Source: a virus. Taken from it: a stretch of 62,291 nt of DNA. The notes beneath the pieces were generated by a model. The model saw only the letters and a program-made list of their open reading frames with translations. It was not told the DNA's origin and made no database searches. The position numbers were made by a program, and so were the translations under genes. Of this stretch, positions 1 through 9,234 are shown in pieces (positions within the stretch are counted from its first letter, which is position 1; every line of letters begins with the position of its first letter). The stretch lies in IMG/VR virus record IMGVR_UViG_3300045988_160201; one strand, written 5' to 3'.

Positions 1-2
1 AA

Positions 3-338
3 GGTGCTGCCACGGCTGGTGATTATGGTGCTGCCACGGCTGGTGATAGTGGTGCTGCCACGGCTGGTGATTATGGTGCTGCCACGGCTGGTGATAGTGG
101 TGCTGCCACGGCTGGTGATAGTGGTGCTGCCACGGCTGGTGATAAAGGTGCTGCCACGGCTGGTGATAGTGGTGCTGCCACGGCTGGTTATAAAGGTGCT
201 GCCACGGCTGGTGATTATGGTGCTGCCACGGCTGGTGATAGTGGTGCTGCCACGGCTGGTGATTATGGTGCCGCCACGGCTGGTGATTATGGTGCTGCCA
301 CGGCTGGTGATTATGGTGCCGCCACGGCAAGAGGAAAG
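3..338 (+). repeat. 24-bp coding tandem repeat: 13 regular units plus 1 degenerate unit
   Basis: The unit is ggtgctgccacggctggtgatNNN. Units start at 3, 27, 51 ... 315. Differences are almost all in codons 7-8 (gat/tat; tat/agt/aaa). Confidence 0.95.
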
Positions 339-545
339 GCTTCAACCGGATCAAATGGTTTGTCAGTGGCAAGAGGTAGCAATGTTCAGGTAAAAGGCGG
401 AATAGGTGCAATTTTGGTCATAGCTGAGGAAAGAGGAGATACGTATGATATTGTCGATTGGAAGGCTGTATTAGTCGATGGTGAGGTTGTCAAGGCTGAT
501 ACATGGTATAGGCTGGAAAACGGTGAGTTAGTGGAGGTTGATTAA
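3..545 (+). CDS. Octapeptide-repeat protein, C-terminal part (same gene as 61845..62291 across the circular junction)
   Basis: Frame 3 reads (GAATAGD[Y/S/K])n, then ARGKASTGSNGLSVARGSNVQVKGGIGAILVIAEERGDTYDIVDWKAVLVDGEVVKADTWYRLENGELVEVD, with a stop at 543-545. The listed ORF 360..545 is its tail. Confidence 0.8.
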   Translation, partial: GAATAGDYGAATAGDSGAATAGDYGAATAGDSGAATAGDSGAATAGDKGAATAGDSGAATAGYKGAATAGDYGAATAGDSGAATAGDYGAATAGDYGAATAGDYGAATARGKASTGSNGLSVARGSNVQVKGGIGAILVIAEERGDTYDIVDWKAVLVDGEVVKADTWYRLENGELVEVD

Positions 546-661
546 CAGTTGACTGATAATACAATTAGAATTTAATTGGTGATAATTACCATTACCTGAC
601 ATCAGGAAAATGGCGGTAGTTATAAAAAAATAATTCAAAATGAGATAGAAAGGAATGAATT

Positions 662-880
662 ATGAATAAAAGAACAATTCAAATAGATGTTATCGGTCCG
701 ATAGAAGAAACTGAATTAATGAAATGTAAATTGTATGTTGATGGTCGTGTGTGTGTAATCGGAATGTCACGATATGACTATGAAGAGTTAATGCGAGAAA
801 AAGTGTTTATCCGGGATGGTAAGAGCGTTGATTCTGCTGGTGTGATAAACACGACTAACACTTTCGTTGAAGATGATTAA
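662..880 (+). CDS. Hypothetical protein (72 aa)
   Basis: ATG-started ORF in a co-directional gene string. No motif recognised. Confidence 0.5.
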   Translation: MNKRTIQIDVIGPIEETELMKCKLYVDGRVCVIGMSRYDYEELMREKVFIRDGKSVDSAGVINTTNTFVEDD

Positions 881-908
881 TATTTGATTAGAAAGGAATT
901 AAAATATC

Positions 909-1358
909 ATGAATGCCTTACAATTTAAAAAACTGAAAATCGGAGATCGAATATTAACCTATAATGGTGCGTGTACCACTGTGACTGACATTGACCGTAT
1001 GGCAGGAAAGTTGACCTGTGGCAACGGACAATGGAGAGATTACCATCGTGTGCGTATGGCGGTTGAAACAGATCTGCTGGTTGAACATAAGAGAGTTCAG
1101 GATTACGTACCACCTGATACAGTCATTCTTTCTCGTGCCTTGTTGCTTAAATTGGGCTTCTCAAAAGTATGTATTCTTCGCGCTATAGAAAATTGCGGGC
1201 CGGATGGCTTTTTGGGAACCTTGCAGGATCTTTTTGTCAGAACGGAATTTATCTCTATCGAATATGTGCGGAATCTTGTTCCGGTAATGATAAGGGAAGG
1301 ACTGATACAAAGAAAGGTTGTAAAACGTGGCTTGTTCAGGCTGACTATTAATAAATGA
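909..1358 (+). CDS. Hypothetical protein with a possible C-terminal winged-helix (149 aa)
   Basis: ORF lies directly upstream of the replication genes. The C-terminal segment ...VRNLVPVMIREGLIQRKVVKRGLFRLT looks wHTH-like. Confidence 0.5.
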   Translation: MNALQFKKLKIGDRILTYNGACTTVTDIDRMAGKLTCGNGQWRDYHRVRMAVETDLLVEHKRVQDYVPPDTVILSRALLLKLGFSKVCILRAIENCGPDGFLGTLQDLFVRTEFISIEYVRNLVPVMIREGLIQRKVVKRGLFRLTINK

Positions 1359-1378
1359 TTAAATAATATACTCGTATT

Positions 1379-2182
1379 ATGGGACAGGAAAGCAGACGGA
1401 AGTCTTTTGTTTTTTATACTGAATGGAAAGAGGTGTTAGTGGATTATCCACCGGAGGTCAGACTTGAAGTGTACGATGCGGTCATTGAATATGCCGAGTC
1501 GGGGACATTGTCGGAGCTGAGACCGTTGGCTAAAATGGCATTCTCCTTTATAAAGAAACAGATAGACTCTAATAAAGACAAATACGACGATATTATAGCA
1601 AAAAGAAGTGAGGCTGGCAAGAGAGGTATGGCCAGTCGGTATAATAAGGATGTAACAAAAGATAGCAAAAGTAACAAGTGTTATCACAAAGTAACAAATC
1701 TAACAAGTGATAACAAAAGTAACAAGGGCTATCAAAGCGTAACAAATCTAACTATAAATGATTATGAGAATGATAATGATGATGTTTTATTTCAAAAAGA
1801 AGAAGAAAAAGTTTTTGGTTCTTCCCCCTTGAAACCCTTGCAGGAATTGTTTGATGAGATGAAGCGGAACGATTCCTGGGCGGAAGGCCTCATCATGAAC
1901 AAACATCATGAGGGATACAAGGCTTTCAATCAGGAAACATTATCGGACTTTCTGGAAGAATTTTTCCGGAAACTTCAGAATGAGAATTGTACAATGGTCA
2001 ATCCGGGAGACGAATATAGGCATTTCTCCAATTGGCTGAATAAAAAGCTTGAATGTAAATCCGATGAAAGAACCAAAACAGATAAAAGAACTAATGCCCG
2101 GACCGGAGGACAGGACTACAATTACGGTCATGAAATCGATCCCCCACACATCATCAAACTGGGAGGACAGGGGAAAGTATAA
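1379..2182 (+). CDS. DUF6291-like phage protein, putative replication organiser/initiator
   Basis: The N-terminus FYTEWKEVLVDYPPEVRLEVYDAVIEYAESG...AKRSEAGKRG matches the pattern I recall for the DUF6291 family. It sits immediately upstream of a DnaC-like ATPase and contains iteron-like repeats. Confidence 0.55.
   Translation: MGQESRRKSFVFYTEWKEVLVDYPPEVRLEVYDAVIEYAESGTLSELRPLAKMAFSFIKKQIDSNKDKYDDIIAKRSEAGKRGMASRYNKDVTKDSKSNKCYHKVTNLTSDNKSNKGYQSVTNLTINDYENDNDDVLFQKEEEKVFGSSPLKPLQELFDEMKRNDSWAEGLIMNKHHEGYKAFNQETLSDFLEEFFRKLQNENCTMVNPGDEYRHFSNWLNKKLECKSDERTKTDKRTNARTGGQDYNYGHEIDPPHIIKLGGQGKV
1650..1752 (+). repeat. Iteron-like GTAACAA(R) direct repeats (7 copies, including two ~38-bp longer repeats); candidate origin
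   Basis: (g)taacaa occurs at about 1652, 1671, 1691, 1701, 1711, 1719 and 1739. The longer repeat aaaagtaacaag...gtaacaaatctaac is at 1667-1704 and 1715-1752. An A/T-rich tract follows at 1749-1815. Confidence 0.5.
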
Positions 2183-2189
2183 CTTCCGG

Positions 2190-2831
2190 ATGGGAGACGT
2201 AAGGATGATGTTGTCCGATGAGGAAATAGAGAAGTTCTGGAAGCACAGGCTGATACTTTCCATGCGGAAAGTTACTCCTGATTTCATGGTGGACGGTTCA
2301 AATTGTCAATTGCTAAGCGAGATATATCAATGGGTATGGCATAAGTCAGATGTGCTGTCCGGAAAGAAAGGAATATTGCTCTATGGTCCGGTGGGAAGCG
2401 GGAAGACCACCATTTTGAAAGGATTGCAGGTCTATATGGCACTTATCAACAGACTTGTATACGGTTGTCGCCGTTCCGACATCTGTTTTGAGATGCGTTC
2501 GGCCACGGAGATAGCCTTACGTTATTCCTCCCAAGGTACGGAGGCGCTTGACAGATGGACAACAAAAGGCATGGCCGGACACCTGATAATTGACGAGATT
2601 GGGCGGGAGGAAAATGCAAAGCATTTCGGTACGTCGTGCAATGTCATACAGACCATCTTGCAGATGCGTTACGAACTTCGGCATGAGATGCTTACATTCG
2701 GTACGACAAACATCGACATGGAGGATTTGTCGCAGTTTCGCAACCTATACGGAGATTATGTGTTGGACCGTGTCAAGGAGATGTTCAATATTGTTCACCT
2801 TGGCGGCAACAGCCGTCGTAAATGGATATAA
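2190..2831 (+). CDS. DnaC/IstB-like AAA+ ATPase (helicase loader)
   Basis: Walker A is GPVGSGKTT and Walker B is HLIIDEIGRE. The ATG at 2190 lies just after the upstream stop; the 2049 extension overlaps the previous gene. Confidence 0.8.
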   Translation: MGDVRMMLSDEEIEKFWKHRLILSMRKVTPDFMVDGSNCQLLSEIYQWVWHKSDVLSGKKGILLYGPVGSGKTTILKGLQVYMALINRLVYGCRRSDICFEMRSATEIALRYSSQGTEALDRWTTKGMAGHLIIDEIGREENAKHFGTSCNVIQTILQMRYELRHEMLTFGTTNIDMEDLSQFRNLYGDYVLDRVKEMFNIVHLGGNSRRKWI

Positions 2832-2832
2832 A

Positions 2833-3291
2833 ATGGAAAAAGAACTAGAAAAACTACAAAGGCAGCTTGCTATGGCGATAAAGGAACGCCGTTACGCCAG
2901 AATGGCCGAGCTGCAACGAAAAATTGCGGCCTTGCAGAATGTTCGTGAACATGTGCCGTTGTCATTTCTTCTACCAAAATTTACACCACAGGAGAGGGAT
3001 AAGGCGCTGGTGTTGATGCATCAGGTATTCGTATTCGCTGACATGCTTTATGGCGCGGCGCTGGAGTTCGAGGAATATCTTAAAGGATTTGATCGTTCCG
3101 TAACCCTTCCCGTAGTGGTCAGGGCGAAGAAGGCTGCGGCAGAGTGCCGGGACATAACCCGGTATGTAGACAGTTTCGGTGATGAGCGTATGAGCGCGTT
3201 ATTCGGAGAAATGTGTGATGAAATAAGCCTCAACGCACAGAATGTTATTTATCGTTATGTCCGCAAGGAAACAAAAAAACAGGAACCATGA
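2833..3291 (+). CDS. Hypothetical protein (152 aa)
   Basis: The ATG at 2833 is 2 nt after the loader stop. The listed ORF 2590..3291 is an upstream in-frame extension. Confidence 0.55.
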   Translation: MEKELEKLQRQLAMAIKERRYARMAELQRKIAALQNVREHVPLSFLLPKFTPQERDKALVLMHQVFVFADMLYGAALEFEEYLKGFDRSVTLPVVVRAKKAAAECRDITRYVDSFGDERMSALFGEMCDEISLNAQNVIYRYVRKETKKQEP

Positions 3292-3728
3292 GAAAAAAGA
3301 TGTTATTATGGGTGATAAGACTCATACGGCTCTTCCACAAGGAGGATCAGTTCATACCGCAGTTGCGCTCCGTGCCGGAAGGCAAGGTGCTGCCGAACAG
3401 GCTTTACCGTCATTTCGGACGTATACTTGTATCGCGCGCTAATCCGCAGAAAGTAGAGATGCGTTATTATTATGCGGAGATAGATCCGGCCATGTCCGTA
3501 CGTCCGAAAGATGATGACTGGAAGGAATGTAGCGAGATACATTATAACGAGCTTATGACAAGAAAGGATGCGGTTACGAAATATGAGCAGACCGGAGCAC
3601 CGTGCGAACATTGCGCATGTCAGATATATGGTCTTCCATGTCATTGTGCTTTTCCAAGGGGAGCCATGACAGGCTATTTCGAACTGTTGCATTGCAACAA
3701 ACAGTATTCTAATAATCCAACCATTTAA
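3288..3728 (+). CDS. Hypothetical Cys-rich protein (146 aa)
   Basis: ATGA overlap with the previous gene. Contains a CEHCACQIYGLPCHC cluster. Confidence 0.5.
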   Translation: MRKKMLLWVIRLIRLFHKEDQFIPQLRSVPEGKVLPNRLYRHFGRILVSRANPQKVEMRYYYAEIDPAMSVRPKDDDWKECSEIHYNELMTRKDAVTKYEQTGAPCEHCACQIYGLPCHCAFPRGAMTGYFELLHCNKQYSNNPTI

Positions 3729-3743
3729 ATAAAAAAGACGACA

Positions 3744-3926
3744 ATGAAAATTAATGTATTCAGGACACAGTGCAAGGAAGGTGCGCGTGTCTTTTTTGAC
3801 GGGGATATCACCTGTACGGGGACAGTAAGGAAGATTTCAAAGGACGGGAGTCGGGCGCTTGTGTGCTTTGACAACGGGGATGTGTCCTGGAAAGAGTATT
3901 TCATGATTGATTTTATTGAGGACTAG
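3744..3926 (+). CDS. Hypothetical protein (60 aa)
   Basis: Compact ORF in a co-directional string. Confidence 0.45.
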   Translation: MKINVFRTQCKEGARVFFDGDITCTGTVRKISKDGSRALVCFDNGDVSWKEYFMIDFIED

Positions 3927-3928
3927 CC

Positions 3929-4420
3929 ATGGAGAACAAGAGAAAAAATATTCTGATCCATCCGGATCATATAGAGGATCTGGATAAGAAATACAAGCGG
4001 CTGGAGGAAAACAGAAAGGAGCCGGTAAGGACAGGTTATACATCTATATGCCGTCTTCGGAATACCAGACTGCACAGGGACATTCTTTTCAGACGGATGT
4101 TTGTCCGTGACAAAATGCCCACCGGAGCTTTTATAATATTTAAAGAACTGGGGAAGGACAGCGTCATGCTCCAGCCATGCAAGCCTGAATGGATGAACCG
4201 GACACATATCAATCATGTGGGAGGACGTTTCCTCGGATGTCTTCGCTTCTTTTCCAGCTATGCTGATTTGGATACGACACCGCCAAGCCAGATATTGTAT
4301 GATCTGAAAATAGATCCGCTGGTAACCTCATACACTTTCCGACTTGAGGAATGGAAAGTGCAGGACGAGCATGACGGTGAGACGGTAGCGTACAAACTGA
4401 TACCGTTGTTTCCGCTATGA
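3929..4420 (+). CDS. Hypothetical protein (163 aa)
   Basis: Tightly packed ORF that starts 2 nt after the previous stop. Confidence 0.5.
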   Translation: MENKRKNILIHPDHIEDLDKKYKRLEENRKEPVRTGYTSICRLRNTRLHRDILFRRMFVRDKMPTGAFIIFKELGKDSVMLQPCKPEWMNRTHINHVGGRFLGCLRFFSSYADLDTTPPSQILYDLKIDPLVTSYTFRLEEWKVQDEHDGETVAYKLIPLFPL

Positions 4421-4875
4421 AACTGGCAAACATACCGTCAGATATTAAAAGAACAGCACGGGAACTTAAGATTCCCGTGCTTCAGCATCATATATATGTT
4501 AATGGCAGGCATAAGCATGTGACTATAAGTAAAAAATGTGTTCGGAAAGCCGGATTGACGGAAAAATACTCTGTACAGATCGTTGTGCTGGGGGAAGTGA
4601 GGGCATATATGATATTCTCTTATGATCCGTTGTGTGAGAACCGTCCCCATCTTCTTTTTCTTCCCTCATCTTGTGAGATTCATAGTCCGTATGTGACACG
4701 TGCTTTGCAAAGAATCGGGGGTGGGAATGAGATATGCAGGTTGCGCTTTCATGGGAAGCCGGTTTTTCTGAAAGGCAAGGACGGTACTGTCGTGACCGTT
4801 GTGTGGCGGATCTCGACATCTCCGGTAAGGGATATAGCCTCAACTGTTCAGAATATACAGAACAGGAACATGTAA
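4417..4875 (+). CDS. Hypothetical protein (152 aa)
   Basis: ATGA overlap with the previous gene. Confidence 0.5.
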   Translation: MKLANIPSDIKRTARELKIPVLQHHIYVNGRHKHVTISKKCVRKAGLTEKYSVQIVVLGEVRAYMIFSYDPLCENRPHLLFLPSSCEIHSPYVTRALQRIGGGNEICRLRFHGKPVFLKGKDGTVVTVVWRISTSPVRDIASTVQNIQNRNM

Positions 4876-4924
4876 GTTGTTATATTTGTGATGTTTATTA
4901 TTCATTTTATAAAAAAGAAGTATT

Positions 4925-7513
4925 ATGACGGAGAAACAAATATCTTTCTCGGGACTTAACCTGACACCTTATTCCGATATTTCTCCTGACGGGCAGCTTT
5001 CCGCATCTGTCGGGCTGGAGATTCATGACGGCAGTATCAGGCCTTCTGTTCTTGCCGGAGAGAAATATATCCTTCCACAAAGTCATAACTCCGCTAAACT
5101 GTTATATATACATTCCGCTACGTCATATTCACATTTTATTTTTCAAGACGGTCTGTCATTATATTGGGCTGATGTGAATAATAAGGGGGAATTGTCACTT
5201 ACATTGCTGGATGAGTCTATACCTGCCAGTTCATTGTTGTCGGTAGGAAACACGCTTGTCGCCTTTGCTGAGGACGGGATGCATTATTTCTTATGGAAAA
5301 ATGGAAACTACAAATATCTGGGGCAGAAACCTCCGGAACCACTTTTGGTGTTTTCCTTGCATTCAACTGTAAGAAGAAGCGGAGAATTTGAACTGTACAA
5401 GAAGGAACAGATGTGGATTAATGGGGATAAATGGCAGATAAAAGATGAATATGTACAGGGGATATCCACAAAAGTACATGCTGAGATAAACAAGTATATA
5501 GCAGAACAGCAAGAAGACGGATATTTCATTTTCCCTTTTTTTGTACGTTATGCATACCGCCTTTATGACGGTTCTGTCATCATGCAGTCCGCACCTGTGC
5601 TTATGTTGCCTAATGACTCCGGTGCACCGGTGGTAGTCAGTAAAATTGAGCGGCTGAGTCAGGTGATTTTTACCGGCATTGGTTATATATCCTCATTCTG
5701 CTCATGGCTTTCATACGCATGTGCCAACAATGACAAGGAGGCGATACAGGAGTGGGGGGATATTATAAAAGGAGTGGATATTTTTATATCCTCCCAATTC
5801 TATACATTTTATACGGACGGTGACATAGACATGAGTCAGAGTCTGTTGAAAGATCTTCCCCAAGGCAAGAGCAACACATACGGATATATTATGGATGATT
5901 TGTCAGAGTACTCCTATCCACCAAGGCCTTTTAGCGAGGCTTATGATAGAAAGTTTGGAAACGAGGCTGCTGCTACATATGCATGGGGCATGGAAGTACG
6001 TAATGAGTTCAAGGAGGAAATATGTAACGCCTCCCTCTTTTATCATGTGAAGACTCTGGAACTGGACGAACTTTCCAGCGACATCCGCTATCTGTTTGGT
6101 GCGGAAGGGGACATGGATCATATTTTGAGCAATTTGGAACTTAGGGAGACATTGACAGATGATTATATGACACACGATATCATCATTCCTGACTTTTCCA
6201 CGACATATAACAGCCGTCTGCATATTGCAAATGTGAAAAGAACTTTTTTCAAGGGATTCAATCCCATGTGTATATCACAATTCCTAGGTCGTGGGGATTC
6301 TTCGGTTTCAATATATACGTATATACATGGGAGCAACGGGGATGTTGTAGTCAAAAGTGATACGGAAGTTTTGGAACAGATACTTCCTGTATATCTGTTT
6401 TATCCTGATACAGATGCGTATAAAATGGTGATTGTGGTCGGTTCCATGGTGTTTGAGTATCCTTTGGCGGAACATCCGACTTTAAATGGGGCGTATTTTT
6501 GTAGCTTGTTAAAAAATACAAATGAATCGTCGGCATCCGTACCGTCCGTTACACCCTTGCAGTCTGAGGAACTGAGCAACAAGATGTTTGTTTCGGAAGT
6601 GGGAAACCCTTTTTATTTCCCATTGAATGGAGTTTATACAATAGGGAACGGTGACATTTATGCAATGTGTCCGGTTACTACAGCCATATCACAGGGACAG
6701 TTCGGACAATTCCCCATGCTACTGTTCTGTTCTGACGGAAATTATGCGATGAGCGTCAATTCTGAAGGGTTTTATTCAACCATTTCTCCGATACAGAGAG
6801 ACGTATGCCTGAATTCCAGATCAATCACACAGATGGATTCGGAAGTGTTGTTCATTTCATCCAGAGGTGTTATGATCACAAATGGGGCTTCCATAGATTG
6901 TATATCACAGGCGTTGCAGGGAGTTTTCGAACCTGTGCCGGAAGAAATTGGAACAAATATGGAAATGATTGACAAACCTCCTATTGAACTGATCAAGACA
7001 GCCATGATAGCCTATGATTATGCGAACCAGCGGATTATTTTTATGCTGAAGGATATGGATACGTCTTTTGTGCTTTCTCTTCCTGAAAACAGATGGAACA
7101 CGGCCGTGTTTGGACGTGTTAAATCTGTTGTCAATATATTTCCATATTCGTATGTGCATATTGAAGACAGGATTGTCCGGCTCACAGATATATATGATTA
7201 TTCCTCCGAGGTGATAAATAAAGGGATTGTTGTTACAAGAGCGTTGAAACTGGATACTTTGCAGTTAAAACGGCTTATGGATATGTCGGTACAAGGCATC
7301 TTTTCAGGTAAGCAGAAAATGATACTGTTTGCTTCACAGGATGGAAAGAAATGGTATAAGATAGGGGAAACGCAGGCCAGACGTGTGGGAGCGATAAGAG
7401 GAAGGTATTTCAAATACTACCGCATTGCGTTGGAAACAGCACTGACAGCTAAAGAGAACATATCAGGAATACGGCTGATATATGATATCATGCCTGAAAA
7501 ACGACTAAGATAA
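4925..7513 (+). CDS. Large hypothetical protein, possibly a virion or tail structural protein (862 aa)
   Basis: Long uninterrupted ORF followed by a fibre-like gene. No catalytic motif recognised. Confidence 0.6.
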   Translation: MTEKQISFSGLNLTPYSDISPDGQLSASVGLEIHDGSIRPSVLAGEKYILPQSHNSAKLLYIHSATSYSHFIFQDGLSLYWADVNNKGELSLTLLDESIPASSLLSVGNTLVAFAEDGMHYFLWKNGNYKYLGQKPPEPLLVFSLHSTVRRSGEFELYKKEQMWINGDKWQIKDEYVQGISTKVHAEINKYIAEQQEDGYFIFPFFVRYAYRLYDGSVIMQSAPVLMLPNDSGAPVVVSKIERLSQVIFTGIGYISSFCSWLSYACANNDKEAIQEWGDIIKGVDIFISSQFYTFYTDGDIDMSQSLLKDLPQGKSNTYGYIMDDLSEYSYPPRPFSEAYDRKFGNEAAATYAWGMEVRNEFKEEICNASLFYHVKTLELDELSSDIRYLFGAEGDMDHILSNLELRETLTDDYMTHDIIIPDFSTTYNSRLHIANVKRTFFKGFNPMCISQFLGRGDSSVSIYTYIHGSNGDVVVKSDTEVLEQILPVYLFYPDTDAYKMVIVVGSMVFEYPLAEHPTLNGAYFCSLLKNTNESSASVPSVTPLQSEELSNKMFVSEVGNPFYFPLNGVYTIGNGDIYAMCPVTTAISQGQFGQFPMLLFCSDGNYAMSVNSEGFYSTISPIQRDVCLNSRSITQMDSEVLFISSRGVMITNGASIDCISQALQGVFEPVPEEIGTNMEMIDKPPIELIKTAMIAYDYANQRIIFMLKDMDTSFVLSLPENRWNTAVFGRVKSVVNIFPYSYVHIEDRIVRLTDIYDYSSEVINKGIVVTRALKLDTLQLKRLMDMSVQGIFSGKQKMILFASQDGKKWYKIGETQARRVGAIRGRYFKYYRIALETALTAKENISGIRLIYDIMPEKRLR

Positions 7514-7519
7514 CGACTT

Positions 7520-8455
7520 ATGAAACAAAAAGGTAAAGTCTTGACAGTATTCCGTCTTGAGGGAGGAAGCGGACAGGAAGCGCAAAGAGAGGAAATCGGG
7601 AATAGCAGGAGAGGGGGCGTTGGCCTTCCGTCTTATTTACCGGGAGGAGGTAATGACAACCAGTCTATTTTTGACAAGTCACTGGCGGCTGAAAGTTATG
7701 TTGATGCAGTTGATATATGCTCATCAACATTCAATTACCTATATAATTCCGCTTTCTCAGATAAGACAGGATGGGAGTTTTTCAATCTTTCAGATGATGC
7801 TTTGGGGGCATATACGGATTTGTATGAGTACCGGAAGTTGCTGCATATTAGCAATGGGGGAGTGTTACAGAAAAACAGCCTCATCAGGAAGCCGGAGAAA
7901 CATAGGATATTTAATGAGAAGAAAGGAGAACTGACGGAAGAGAACATTTCTATAACTGTTGACTACACGGAAGAATATGATGCTTTGTTTCTTTCAGTGC
8001 GGTTCCTTTGTAAATCCTCAGGTGATCTTACAATAGGTTTTACGGATACACAGGGAGATTATGCGTTGAAGACGAAGCATATTGACCAATCGGAGGAATG
8101 GCAGGAATATGAACTTTCTGGGAAATGGGCCGGAATTGGTGATTTTTATTTGTCATTTACAGGATTGATAATCGTTGATATCTTGAGGTTGGCGGACAAA
8201 GCGTATGATGATCATCGTGAAGAGTTCAGGACATACCAGAGCCAGACCAAGCAGAATCTTGAGCTTATGGTGTCCGCTATAAACGAGTTGAAACGGATGA
8301 AATCAGAATATGACAAAAAATTTGAGGAAATATCAAAATCCTTGATCGAGATACGTGGTGAGATACCGGATGTAAGCGGCTTGGAAACCAGTTTGTCCGA
8401 ACTGGAAAAACGTGTGTCCGCATTGGAAAAAGCCGGTTCCGGAGATGGCACATAG
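7520..8455 (+). CDS. Hypothetical fibre or decoration-like protein with a C-terminal coiled coil (311 aa)
   Basis: Gly-rich N-terminus, a central beta-rich region, and a C-terminal heptad-like segment (LELMVSAINELKRMKSEYDKKFEEISKSLIEIRGE...LSELEKRVSALEKA). Confidence 0.55.
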   Translation: MKQKGKVLTVFRLEGGSGQEAQREEIGNSRRGGVGLPSYLPGGGNDNQSIFDKSLAAESYVDAVDICSSTFNYLYNSAFSDKTGWEFFNLSDDALGAYTDLYEYRKLLHISNGGVLQKNSLIRKPEKHRIFNEKKGELTEENISITVDYTEEYDALFLSVRFLCKSSGDLTIGFTDTQGDYALKTKHIDQSEEWQEYELSGKWAGIGDFYLSFTGLIIVDILRLADKAYDDHREEFRTYQSQTKQNLELMVSAINELKRMKSEYDKKFEEISKSLIEIRGEIPDVSGLETSLSELEKRVSALEKAGSGDGT

Positions 8456-8481
8456 TCCGATCTTTCGGGACCGGCACCGTA

Positions 8482-9234
8482 TCAACTCCAGTCCGTGGGT
8501 CTTCTGCCCATCAGTTTTATTCTTGAACGTAAGGCATCACGCAAACCCTCTATGTCACCGGTAAAGAAATTCGCGTATTCTTTCGCCTTTTCCGGAAGTT
8601 GGTTATTAAGGACAGCACTCATTACATAATCCACCATCATACGGTGTGCGCAACTTTTGATGGTTTCCGTCATGCTGATATTGAAACTTGCAGGCATGGA
8701 AAGCTTTAATTCATACATGCCGAAGTCACCAAAAAAGTAAGTCACCTCCGCTTTGCCGTCACTGCCTTCTATCTTTATCCTCTCGTTTGATGAAGGGATA
8801 TACTCAAACTGCCCGGTACCGGTTACTTGACCAAGCACCTTGTCTGTTGATGTGCTTACCGTTACAGATACGTCTGTAATAACTCGGATGATGTAACTTT
8901 GTCCGGGTATAAGGCTGTAAGTTCCCAGTGATCCAGATGATATCGTTTCAGTACTTCGGTTCATTTCGTTGATTCTCTCAAGACGGTTGTCGTCTGTGTC
9001 CCGGCCTGTTATCAGATATTGCTGACAGACACGTTTCACCTCACCGAAAGCCTCCGTCATCGCTCTGGCCACAACCGGCTTTGTGGCCTCATCATCAGGT
9101 GTCATTACTTCTGATGCAGTTTCTTCTGTATCTTCGCTCTTTTGTAATGAGCGTCCTATCAGATTGCATTGCACCGCTACATCGTTTACTATCTGCTTTT
9201 TCAGCAGGCGTATCCAAATTTCTCTTTCTCTCAT
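8482..9234 (-). CDS. Hypothetical virion-associated protein (250 aa)
   Basis: Last gene of the minus-strand operon 10387->8482. ATGA overlap with the upstream gene. Confidence 0.55.
   Translation of the reverse strand: MREREIWIRLLKKQIVNDVAVQCNLIGRSLQKSEDTEETASEVMTPDDEATKPVVARAMTEAFGEVKRVCQQYLITGRDTDDNRLERINEMNRSTETISSGSLGTYSLIPGQSYIIRVITDVSVTVSTSTDKVLGQVTGTGQFEYIPSSNERIKIEGSDGKAEVTYFFGDFGMYELKLSMPASFNISMTETIKSCAHRMMVDYVMSAVLNNQLPEKAKEYANFFTGDIEGLRDALRSRIKLMGRRPTDWS

Noticed and set aside
1-340. CRISPR-like regular repeats
   Set aside because: The units are contiguous (period 24 bp) with no spacers. They lie in frame within a protein-coding gene, and no cas genes are present.
4-393. Listed 129-aa ORF MLPRLVIMVLPRLVI...
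   Set aside because: It is the +1 frame of the 24-bp tandem array. The frame that is continuous with the upstream N-domain (61845..) and the downstream C-domain (..545) is the GAATAGDx frame, so this ORF is a repeat-induced artefact.
2049-2832. Upstream extensions of ORFs 2049..2831 and 2590..3291 (possible frameshift fusions)
   Set aside because: ATGs at 2190 and 2833 sit 2-8 nt after the preceding stops and give compact non-overlapping genes. The extensions overlap well-supported upstream genes and have no slippery-site evidence.
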